From positions 94,970,118 to 95,034,117 of the forward strand of contig NC_068981.1 of the NCBI RefSeq assembly GCF_001194135.2: DNA of 64,000 bases, written 5' to 3'. The translations under genes were made by a program, and so were the position numbers. Of this stretch, positions 40,501 through 52,169 are shown one piece after another (within the stretch, counting starts at the first letter, position 1; the number at the start of each line of letters is the position of its first letter). This DNA comes from Octopus bimaculoides (taxonomy: Eukaryota). The notes under the pieces were generated by a model. That model was given only the letters and a program-made list of their open reading frames with translations. It was not told where the DNA came from and did not search any database.

Positions 40501-41419
40501 GAATTGGAAGAGATTTGAGTATTTGGTAGGAATACTTTACAGGGAAGAAACTTTCGCATGGTGACAGTCCTAAAAATGAAGAAATTGATTTAACATATGG
40601 TATAACACTTAGAGAGAGAGAAACAATACTGGTGTCAATAAAATGATAAATGAGCTTATTGAGTAACTTAAGGTGCTAGTTGAGTTCAACTTGGAAGTTC
40701 ATTATAATAATGATAATAGGCACAGCATAAAACTATGCCAGTGTGTGATGATTTTTAGCCAAGAACTTAATGGTGGAAAGTTTCCTTTTGACTATAGTGT
40801 AGAATGCCAGTGACCAAAATATCAAAATATTCAGGCCTTATAGAGAATTGTAGTAAAGGTCTGCAGTATCTTTTGATACCAAAGATTAAGTGGTAAAATT
40901 CAAGATGTCTAATGAAAATCTATTAAGTTATATGGTCATAAGCAGAGGGTGTGTGATGTGATACTTCTTTCTTGAAAATATACCAATTGTGTTTTGGTAG
41001 TGTGAGCAGTCCCAGGTCAGCCCTGATTGAAATTCAAGCCATAACATTCTTATCTATCAGGGGATCAATGTATCCTTCCATAGTTAATAGGGTATGATTT
41101 GAAAGAGAATTGGTTGCTATGTTTGACAAGTTAAGCAACTGTATAGAGACTCTCCAATGTTGGTGTGAAAAAAAAAAAAAAAAAGAACGTACTATAAAAA
41201 CATCAGAGAATAATGTTAAGGTCCTCAACAACCAAAGAAGTTAATGTTTAGAGAGAACTATTGACATTAGAAGCACACAGAATGTGCCATCATGTCTGTT
41301 TTCTAACATGATAGGAATTGGGAAGTCAGCTTTGTAGCTTTCTTACTTGGAATACAAAATTATTTGATGAAAAAGCAAAAAAAAAAAAAAGCATAATAGG
41401 TAACAAATATTGGTTTTAA

Positions 41420-41640
41420 ATTTTGGCACAAGTCTAGCAATTTCAGGGTGGGGTGGGGTGTAAGTCAATTATAATGATCCCAGTGCTCAGCTGGTACTTA
41501 TTTTATCGACCCCGAAAGGATGAAAGACAAAGTCAGCCTTGGAAAAATTTGAACTGTAAAGATGGATGAAACACTACTAAGTATTTTGCCAAGCATGCTA
41601 ATAATTCTGCCAGCTCACTGCCAGCTCACTTTACCGAACA
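41420..41640 (+). mobile_element. SINE-like repeat (family of 6580-7290)
   Basis: ttttggcacaagtctagc...ggtacttattttatcgaccccgaaaggatgaaag. Confidence 0.75.
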
Positions 41641-43744
41641 TGAAAAAGAAAACTTACAAATAAATTTGTGCCTTATTTCCAAACACATAATCAATTGAAA
41701 TAGTATGACTGATTGTATCCAATTTCAATTATAGCATTAACTTTCAGAGTTTCAGTAAAAATTATTTCACTAATTTAATTGGTCAATTTCTCTAAAAGGC
41801 AATAAATGAAAAGGGAGGGGATGATTTTAGCATATATTGAGGATAAATTACAACTGTCATCATAACTAAAGATTAGAACATTATTTTAGTTTTAATCCCA
41901 ACTTCATGAATATTTCACGATTTTTGTTTTTTAAAATTCAGCTCAGTGTAAGAAAAAAGAAATCAAATGAGTAGAACTGATATCCCCCAAAATCTTTTAA
42001 TATTCTATAGGGCATAAAAAAAAAGAAAGAAAGAAAGTTAATTAAAACAATGACTGATTTAAAGTGAAATTATTTAAGGTATTGGAACCAATCAGCAGCA
42101 TAAAATTATCCCTTAAAAGAGATAACTTTAGAAAAAAAGTTCAGAATACAAGAGAACAAGAGCAACATTTTATTTCCGGACAATAAAACATACACTGAGA
42201 TGGAGAAAATGATTGAGATGAAAATATATCGCGAAGTTTAGAAATAATAATGAAAACTTGTATATTTTGGGGGAGTGAGGGGGATGAGGAACATGGAAAA
42301 AGTCAGCATATGGTCAACACGGAAATTTTTTTTCACAGACTGGAAGAAGTAAAAAGTATTTGTGAAAACTTCAGCATTTTTGATTGTGTCAGCAGAAATT
42401 ATTCAAGTTAGAGAATGCCTAATATTCCCTCGACACAAGTTCTAAAAGCTTTATAAAATGTATGGAATTCGAAATTATAAAGATATTATCATCATATTTT
42501 TATATATATGTTTAAAAAAATGTCTGAAACCTGAATTTAAAATAATATCGTTGAATCAGTATCTCCATTCAAACAAAATATTTACAAATATAAATGGAAA
42601 AAAAATCTTCATAGTATCTTGCAAATCGTGTTTATAATAATAATACGTTGGCATTACTGAATACTGAAACTATAAACAACTGTAGACTTTTAGCGTGTGT
42701 GTATGTGTGTGAGTGTGTGTATTATACACATTTTCTTTCTGTTGTTAATCGGGTTCTATTTTATTCTATCGCTTCAAACAAACATTTCAGTGTTTATCTG
42801 TCAAATATTCATTTACAAATATTCCGATGTACATATCAAGATACGGTGTGTTGTTTGTGAAACCTCGGACCCCACCCACCAAAAAAAAAACTCTAGATAT
42901 ATTAACGGGGAAATTTAAGGAGAAAAAAATTGTTTACTCATTACCTATCGATTATATAATTTATCTTAGTCTCTAACAATTAAAATCAAACATAATAGGA
43001 TGCTGGAATAAAATACATATAGAAACATGTTTATGGTTGGTTTCAGGAAAACATTTGTTAAAAAGCAAATAATCCAGACAACAGAGGTAGCAACATAAGT
43101 GAAAAGATAAAAAAAATAATAAAAGGGATAAATCAATTACAAACGCTCACCATAACAGGCACACCTGACCACCAACAACAACTAAAGCTGTCATTCTTCG
43201 ATTCTGTTCAGCTTTGTCAAGTGTAATGCTTCCACGTCAACAAAAATTAACGGAAACAGATGGGAAGCATTTCAATGTATGGATGACCAAACTAGTTACA
43301 AAATTAAGTTTTTATTCGTGCTGAAATGATACTGTTTAATATAGCTTAAATTTATTTTGGATACACTTCCCGGTCTCTCTCTTTCTTTTTATACTGGAAA
43401 ATTATTATTTTTTTTATATTGCTCGAGATATTTCAGTGAATTCACCATTTTCTTCTATTCCACTGAATTTTTAAAACGTTTATTACTTCAGTCATCAGGT
43501 TCCTTTTCTTTGAATTTCAAGCCTTGCATTTATATTATCAAATATTTTTATTACTTGTTTAACCAGAATCAGTCCCGTTCCAACAGACATATAATCGAAG
43601 GCGTTCCAGCCATAACCATCATGTCCTTTATCTAGGACTGTGCTATCACATAACGTCTTTTTTATCTTATTTTTATTTTATTTATTTATTTATTTTAGTG
43701 TAGGAAACATTTGGATCTGATTTGAGGGTGATTTGGCTCAATGG

Positions 43745-44416
43745 GAGCTGACGTCTGTAGAGAACTGAGATGTCGCTGTGGTAGGCCCCTTCATCCCACA
43801 GGTCTTTGCGGTCTGTCTTGCGCCTAAATGTTGGTCGTTTCGCTCGTTGCACCGGCTCGGATTAATAACCCTCAGTTCTGGAGGCGGCGGGATTATCTCG
43901 CAGTGATAGAAAGAGGCCAGTTGGGCTTACCCTCTGTTTCTGGGGTAGGTGCCTCATTTGCGACATCACAGTCTGTGACTCTTTGGTCCCTCCCTAATCT
44001 TGGATGCTGCAGTAAACCGCTAAGTTCTTGTTATCGTTGGCAGCTTGCCTCACAGAGATGTTAGGTGATGTCCCTGAGGGTGCTTGGCTTTTTCAACAGT
44101 TTAGCCGTGGTAATGCTGCGAGCGTGCTGGCTTGCTTCAGTAGGTTCCGTTGGATCTACTGGTGTACTTGTGATGTACGACCAATTGAAGCACTTAGTAT
44201 TACATTGATGTTTTTAAAAAATTTTCTCTTCTGCATTCCTTTTTTCCTCTCTCCCCTTCTCTTTTTTCTCCTCTTTTTTCTTTTCTTTGTCTTTCTTTTG
44301 TAAGAATATATGGAAGAATCATGACTATTGTTTAGGATTTGTATTTTAATGTGGTTTTGTATTACGTATTATATATATATAATAAAAGTTTATCAATAAA
44401 CAAAACAAACAAAAAT
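43745..44416 (+). pseudogene. CRE-like (RLE-type) non-LTR retrotransposon, 5'-truncated
   Basis: CRCG...GLSC knuckle remnant, [27 protein letters not shown] and FQQFSRGNAASVLA; T-rich 3' UTR, aataaa and A-rich tail. Confidence 0.75.
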
Positions 44417-47400
44417 TAGTTGATCAAATTTTCAAATAGGATCTCCTTTGGATTACGCAAAACCACAAATTTGCAGGGAAAGGATATAGTCGATCGAATC
44501 TACACGAGCAATACCAGATACCAAGGCAAAGCTGATCCTGGTGGAATTTAGAAGGAACTAAATAGTGTACGTAATTAACGTAATCAATCCGGCATTCTAA
44601 GGTTTCCAACACTCAACTACTTTATTAAAAGAAAACGATATTACTGATGAGGTTCATAAGAATTTCATGCTAATCCGTTTTTTAAAAATATTTTATTAAT
44701 TTCTTATTTATCTATTGAATATTTTTCAAGGGAAAAGATAAGAAGTACTCCCTTTGCAGGCCCTTCACATACTACTCACATAGATGGGTTTATATTCTGC
44801 TGATTTTTCTTTTTCTCTGATTGATGCTTATAAGAAAAATACGAACAAAGTTCAACAGCGCAGCAGTTCTGGGATAGAAAAGTTTGAGTAAGGTGTCTAA
44901 AGCGTGATTGTAAAAGGAATAACTGCAGTATATCGTTCCTTTTAAGATACATTGTCATTTTATAAGATTTTGCTGGCAAATTTTAAAATCAACATAAACA
45001 TTCATTTACATGATTAAACAAATAAAATGTGAGAAGTTTGGAATAGTCTGAATTTTAGTCTTGCGATGTTCTGGGTTCAAAGCCCTACGGGGTCGATTTG
45101 GCCTTTCGCCTCTAAGGTCAATAAAATATATTTAAGTTAAATACTGGGAGCAATGGTGCCGACTAAATTCTCTCTTCTTTCAAAATTGCTAGCGTTGTGT
45201 TGGCGTCTTCTGTCAGTGATGTGAGACCAATGTTGTCCCGTGGTATGTAACTTTCACAGCCTTAACTAACATATTTCGTATGCTCACATAAATGTATCCA
45301 TATTTATGTGCACCAGAGTGCACCATTTATTGCGTATAGATCACGTGTGTCTCAATGTTTTCAATTTATTATTTGTCTAACCCCCAAATATACCGAAATG
45401 TAAGTGTAAATTTCCGTAATGAATATTGAAAAAGTAAAAAAAATATTACTGTGAAGCTGGTTGCAGAGAAACTCTTCCTTGAGGAAAATGGTGATATAGA
45501 AATTTTTTTTGATAGAGTTAAAACTAATCCTTTGTTGGACACCTCTGCAAAGGTGTAAATAACATCGCTTCAAAACAAGCAAAACATTGATAATTATAGA
45601 AATTTACACCGTACATTCGATGGTATATTGTATATATGTTGAAGTTTCTCTCCTGTCTAGTCTAGTTCTGTACGACAGGGGCTTTTGATGGCGTCACATG
45701 GTGGATTCAGTCAAAAAGCAACCGTTGAGGTTTCTTTGTAACTATTAGTAGTGTGCATCCCAGCACACTGTTCGGGCTGTTAATGCAGCTGCTGCTTGTG
45801 AATGTGCATTGTATTATTTTATGTCTGTAGGAGTGAGGGGTGTTTTGGACTTGTAGCATTGTTCTGGGATGTTGTAAATGTGGTTGTTGTTTAACCACGG
45901 ATCAACACTGACTGAACAAGCTTTAACCACTACACTTGTTTTCATTTTTTTAAAAACACGATGTATTTAAAACTACACTATTCTTTGTGTTTCATTTTAA
46001 AGTTGGCTGTGATTTAAGAGAAATTTAGTTACAATTTCTTGTGAGGTCTATATCCATAGATGAACGAAACAAAATTACTCAAAATAAAGACCACTTAGAA
46101 AATATGATGGCTCAGTTTGTTGGCACATACCTAGCTCAAACACTGACAGTATCTGACAGTCATCTTCAGACAAACAGACGTATGTGTGAGCCAATACGAG
46201 GGCTTGAACTACAATGCTGTATCACAAATAGATTCATTAACATCAGTTACATCTGTACTATTCAACACGTCTAGAGTATATCTTGTGATTAAATCAATTA
46301 GAAGCTTTTATGAATATTCAGGTTATACTTTGGAGTAAATATAAAAACTGAAAATTGCCGTTATGTAAATAAGCCGAAGCATTTCAATCTGATCAGGAAC
46401 AAAGCTACGATTTGTTAAGTTGTAATGAGAAGGAACATTTACTGAACTTGTTTTTCTGCTTCGTAAATGTTTAAAGAATGGAAAATGCTGAGCAAGAAAG
46501 GTCAAGATGATGCAACTTTGATTCCTATCAATTTGTAAGCACCCATTAGTAGGTTAAAACCTCAAAGATGACTGCTATTGCATTGCAACAAGATCTGTTT
46601 AAAATAACGACCCAGTTGCCTCGTACCACTTTATACAGCTTCTTATGTATCACCAACATAGTTTTAAAAGAATTTTTTTGTCGAATGTGTAAAGGACCGT
46701 ATGATGAGAGATAATGAAAGTTGATGTTGGACAACTCACGGTCTTTAAAATATATGTAAGATGGAATGCGACATGTGTGCAGGGAGAAAAGAGAGAGACA
46801 CAACAGTGTAGAATGCTTATGAAAGATTTATTGATATATTTACATGTATCTGTGTGTGTAAGCATAGGTGTATGCGTGTGCGTTGTACCTATATAGCAAT
46901 GAAGATGAAGACAGGGAAAGGAGTCTATAATGAGAAATTAGATGTTCATGGACACAAGAACAAAAATACCAGTTCATGATCAACTGTACACGGGTTACTG
47001 CGATACTGTATCACGACATTGTGGATGTAATGCGGAGCCGGTTGCCGTGCGTGAAGTTGTAGCTGTGATGCTGCTGCCTGGGTCACTTTCGGATGGAATT
47101 TAAAAAATTAAATGATTACAATATAAGAAGTCTGTGGGGTTTTATTTAACCCGCCGGTTTCCTCTTTTGTTTCTTTTAAATTTCCCTTTTTTTCCGAAGT
47201 TTGTTTTTCCTTTTCTCCTTCCTTTAGCTTTGACCGGCTACACTAGCACGGTCCCATTTATTCTCAACATCCTTACTACAGTCATCCATCTTTTCGCGAA
47301 CACTCTTTGAGGCAAGCACTTTTTCTCTAGACGGATCTTTCTTAGTAGGCGGTAGTTGAAATAACTAATCAACCCACGTCCAGAGTTAAAGCTGCCTGTC

Positions 47401-49961
47401 TCAATTCCCCTTCCACGCGTCGTCCATACAGTGTCTTTCAATATGGCTACTACACAGAAAAAGGAAGCCTCTCTTTCCTTGTTAAAGGAGAAGGCAGTAT
47501 GATCTTAATGATGGACTCAGCCGATAGCTGTACTCTTTCTGTCTCCGACATCAGTTGTTCGACATAGGCTATCAGTCCCACTAATTCCACACAGTGCACA
47601 AAGGTGTACGCGATAGTTTCACTGACGCGCCCGCACCTCAGGCATGTGGGTGAGGGGACGTTAAACTCGTGTCTCGACAACCTNNNNNNNNNNNNNNNNN
47701 NNNNNNNNNNNNNNNNNNNNNNNNNNNNNNNNNNNNNNNNNNNNNNNNNNNNNNNNNNNNNNNNNNNNNNNNNNNNNNNNNNNNNNNNNNNNNNNNNNNN
47801 NNNNNNNNNNNNNNNNNNNNNNNNNNNNNNNNNNNNNNNNNNNNNNNNNNNNNNNNNNNNNNNNNNNNNNNNNNNNNNNNNNNNNNNNNNNNNNNNNNNN
47901 NNNNNNNNNNNNNNNNNNNNNNNNNNNNNNNNNNNNNNNNNNNNNNNNNNNNNNNNNNNNNNNNNNNNNNNNNNNNNNNNNNNNNNNNNNNNNNNNNNNN
48001 NNGTTAATTGTGGGAAAAGGAACTTAACGTGCGGTGACCACACCTGTTCACCCTCCAGGTAGAGCCAGAGATGTCTCAGTCTCAGCGTATATTTGCGCAT
48101 TATCAGTCAAGGCATCCCTAACCTACCCTTTAACGGTTTCTCGCATCAGATGGAGCGCCTCACAAGTGGTGGTTTCCCTTTCCACAAAAAGCGGAAAAGG
48201 ATCCGTTCCAACTTGGTCATCCACAAACTGGGGCAAGGCACGACGGTTAGGCGGTAGGTTATCACCGATGCTATAAACACCTGTGCAACCTCGGCCCTTC
48301 CTAGCAAAGGATAATGTCCTCCCAGACCAGGTCTGGGTTATGGCCGTCATCTTGCTCGCCACCTCGTTCCAGTTTTTCTCCACCAGGAGATCTGGCCCAA
48401 ACCAGACTCCGAGCAGTTTAACCGGGACCTCTCCAACGTCCTACGACACTGTTGGGAGGCATCGACTTGCCTTTCCAGGTGCCGAGTTGCAAGCCGACTG
48501 ATTTTTCCTGGTTAACTTTTGCCCCTGCCACCGCTTCGTATCTTTTGATGGAGTCTTCTACACGCGGTAGCTGCCCTTCGTCAGACACGATGATGGTGAC
48601 ATCATCCGCATATACCGTCGCTCATCAACCGTAACATAGATTACGCGGATCAATACCGCAACCTCCAAACTCTGCAGCAACGGCTCAAGAGCCACTACAT
48701 ACAGAAACGGGGACAGGGAGCAACCCTGGCGAATTGAAGGCACGATCGCGAACGGTTTCGAGAAGACACCGTTCACCCGGACAACGGACTCGATGTCGTT
48801 ATACATAACATTGATCCAGCCACGAAAAGTCGGGCCCAGTCTAACCGCCCAGAATACCGTCGCCAGATACCGATGGTCAACCCTATCGAATGCCTTGGAC
48901 TAGTCTAAATTCACCAGTGCCTCAACCCTTGCCAGAAACTTTACTAACCCTCTCTATGATGTAGCGAATGAGCGACAATCCTCACTCTCTTGGCTAACAC
49001 TTTGGCCAAAGTCTGTGTTTAGCAGAGTTGTGGGCTTGAAATTATTAATGATATCTCCCTTGCTCAGGTCCTTCTTGATCATTGTTACCACTCCCCGGCT
49101 CACAGATTTGGGAATTCTCCCATTCTGCTGTCAGTCTGCGTAAACTCCGGCCAGTATGTTTTATAAAATTCGTACGGTAGACCATCCAATCCCGGCAACT
49201 TGTCCCCGGGACACTCGGAAAGCACTTCTATAACCTTCGTAGCTGTGATCGGTCTTTCACAGCACTCAGCCTCTCGTGCCGAGATACGCGGGCCGCCGAC
49301 TAGGAAGTCCTGAACGGCATCCCCATGGTCCGGCGCCCCGTCCCTCTCAAACAACGTGGCGAATTGTTCGTAAAAGGCCTTACACATCTTTTCCTGTCCT
49401 TGGATGTCTCGTCCATGCTCATCTACCAAATACCTTATCGTAGTATTACTGCCACGTTGGGTTTCTACCGAGCGAGCCCACCCGGCAACGTCGATACCCT
49501 CGCGACCCAGTGCACGTACTTTTTTCTCGGACCCTGCATCCTTGGTGTTTGGCATTGAGGTGTCAGTCCAAGACCGATCTCGATACCTCAACTTGGAGTG
49601 CAAAGCTCACTCTCAGCGCCTCTTCTAATGCCTTTACTAGTTTCCCTTCTACTCTAGCCTGTTCTAGACTTAACTGTTTGCTTAAATCTAATAAACTCAA
49701 GTCGAATGGCTCGTTTGAGGGCACAGCATCACCATTTATTTAACACAGTGTCAGTTAATGCCCTCATTACTAACTTCTTAATCTGACTACGGTAAGTTTC
49801 GCAAGCCAAAAAGGACTTGTTCAACTTCCCGTAGCCGGACCCCTGTCTATGTACTTTATCTATATGCATCCTACACTTCACTAATTTGTGATCCGTATAG
49901 GATACATAGGTAAATTGTGGACAACTAAAACTAGCCTTATCTCCAGAATTAGCTATAATCC

Positions 49962-51486
49962 TATAGGAAAGTGGGTTATACATCTTTAGATTGTATACCT
50001 GACTTCCTACTATAAAATTAAAGAAATAGACGGAACGTTGAACTCCAGACTAAACAACTTAAACAACATTTATTTAGGTGGTAAACATACATATCTTTAG
50101 TTATACATCTTTAGAGGTGAGAATAACGAGCTGTCGAGTGTAAGACCGAAAGATGTAGAGAGACAGCTTAAAATACGTCCATGCTCAATCGCTGGCCAGC
50201 GAGAAAGAGAATGAATTGAGCGGGAAACGCTTGCTTGTTTAATTCTACGCATGCGTAAGACTGCGCATGCGCAGGCGTTACTACNNNNNNNNNNNNNNNN
50301 NNNNNNNNNNNNNNNNNNNNNNNNNNNNNNNNNNNNNNNNNNNNNNNNNNNNNNNNNNNNNNNNNNNNNNNNNNNNNNNNNNNNNNNNNNNNNNNNNNNN
50401 NNNNNNNNNNNNNNNNNNNNNNNNNNNNNNNNNNNNNNNNNNNNNNNNNNNNNNNNNNNNNNNNNNNNNNNNNNNNNNNNNNNNNNNNNNNNNNNNNNNN
50501 NNNNNNNNNNNNNNNNNNNNNNNNNNNNNNNNNNNNNNNNNNNNNNNNNNNNNNNNNNNNNNNNNNNNNNNNNNNNNNNNNNNNNNNNNNNNNNNNNNNN
50601 NNNNNNNNNNNNNNNNNNNNNNNNNNNNNNNNNNNNNNNNNNNNNNNNNNNNNNNNNNNNNNNNNNNNNNNNNNNNNNNNNNNNNNNNNNNNNNNNNNNN
50701 NNNNNNNNNNNNNNNNNNNNNNNNNNNNNNNNNNNNNNNNNNNNNNNNNNNNNNNNNNNNNNNNNNNNNNNNNNNNNNNNNNNNNNNNNNNNNAATCTCT
50801 GTACGTCCATTAGCGAAAACCTCGAAGAAAAATTTTCTTAACCCAAGATGAAAGAACGGCCGTGCGAAATGAATAACAAGAGTTATTGTGTGGCATAAAA
50901 GATGTATGTGTAATGTGAGAGTGTGAATGCGACATATAAGAACATAAAAAGCAGGCTGTAATTCTTGTCTGTTTTTCGTGAGTGGAAAAAAATCCACTCT
51001 AACAGAGGCGAGAATAAAAACCGCTCTTGTTGAGTCGTGTTGACTATGGTTGGAGATGTTGGTAAACCGTAGTTCAGTCTCCATGGCCATATTTGTTCTT
51101 TAGTCGAGGTTCACCAGTTATAAGTTGGTAGTCCAGAGTCCATGCTGCGTTTTTTCTTCGTCGGGGTCACCACTTATAGGAAAGTGGGTTATACATCTTT
51201 AGATTGTATACCTGACTTTCCTACTATAAAATTAAGGAATATAAACGGAACGCTGAACTCCAGACTAAACAACTTAAACAACATTTATTTATGTGGTCTA
51301 CATACATATCTTTAGTTATACATCTTTAGAGGTGAGAATAACGAGCTGTCGAGTGTAAGACCGAAAGATGTAGAGAGACAGCTTAAAATACACGTCCATG
51401 CTCAATCGCTGGCCAGCGAGAAAGAGAATGAATTGAGCGGGAAACGCTTGCTTGTTTAATTCTACGCATGCGCAGGCGTTACTACA
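49962..51486 (-). mobile_element. Small LTR retrotransposon (TRIM/Gypsy-derivative-like) inserted in the LINE endonuclease
   Basis: LTRs at 49962-~50285 and 51175-51486; 4-bp TSD atcc (49958-49961, 51487-51490); PBS next to the 5' LTR. Confidence 0.9.
51159..51172 (-). promoter_or_regulatory. Primer-binding site complementary to the tRNA-Trp 3' end
   Basis: TGGTGACCCCGACG lies 2 nt inside the 5' LTR; metazoan tRNA-Trp ends ...CGTCGGGGTCA-CCA. Confidence 0.85.
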
Positions 51487-52169
51487 ATCCTATCTATATA
51501 AGACCTGATGGATCCGTCATTGTTACTCCAAGTTCACATTGGAACGCTCGGATTATCAAATCTGTATCGATCTGCTAGCCTAAATCGCTTCAGCAGATCG
51601 ACGAGGCGTGAGTTACTCTTCCTATTGTTCGAGCCCACTCTATCCTGGCGTGCATCCAGAATAGCGTTGAAGTCTCCTAGCATGACTAGTGTCTTTGACG
51701 TCACAAGAAAATTCCCCAGGCGACGATAGAACTCATTCTGTTTGCCTACCGTGCTAGGCGCGTAAATGCTAATCAACCTGAAGGTTTTGCCCCTGAATGT
51801 TAGATCCAGAATGACCAACTCACCTTCTGGGTCCACAAAGATCGTACATATCTGCAGAGCCAAGTTTTTCGGAGAAACACTACAACGCCACCCTTCCCAC
51901 CTGTCTGACAAGGAGACATGATTTTTCCGGATCAAAACTACAGCACCTCTACTCCCTCCTCACCTTCTGGTTAAGAGACATGATTTTCTCATAGCCATTC
52001 AGGAGAGTTGAGAAGGCCTGCAACTTGTCCAGCCTGGTCTCTGTAGCAACCATGATATCAATTCTGTGTGACCTGAGGTCGTCGAGGAGGCAAGCCAGCT
52101 TCCACTTCGAATCCAGGCCACGGACATTTAAACACGCAATGCATAGCGCAGCCATGTCAAACACGAAAA

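Larger units (their letters stand above)
47238..52155 (-). pseudogene. Tx1 ORF2 (APE endonuclease + reverse transcriptase), disrupted
   Basis: MAALCIACLNVRGL, TETR, GDFNA, YIDRI, SYTDHKLV, LPGLDGLPYEFYK, SKAFDRVDH, RQGCSLSP and YADD; frameshifts and an LTR insertion. Confidence 0.92.

Noticed and set aside
43500-43740. Protein-like minus-strand reading GHDGYGWNAFDYMSVGTGL...
   Set aside because: It is a copy of the interspersed repeat also seen at ~12740-12920, 34730-34900 and 41000-41160.
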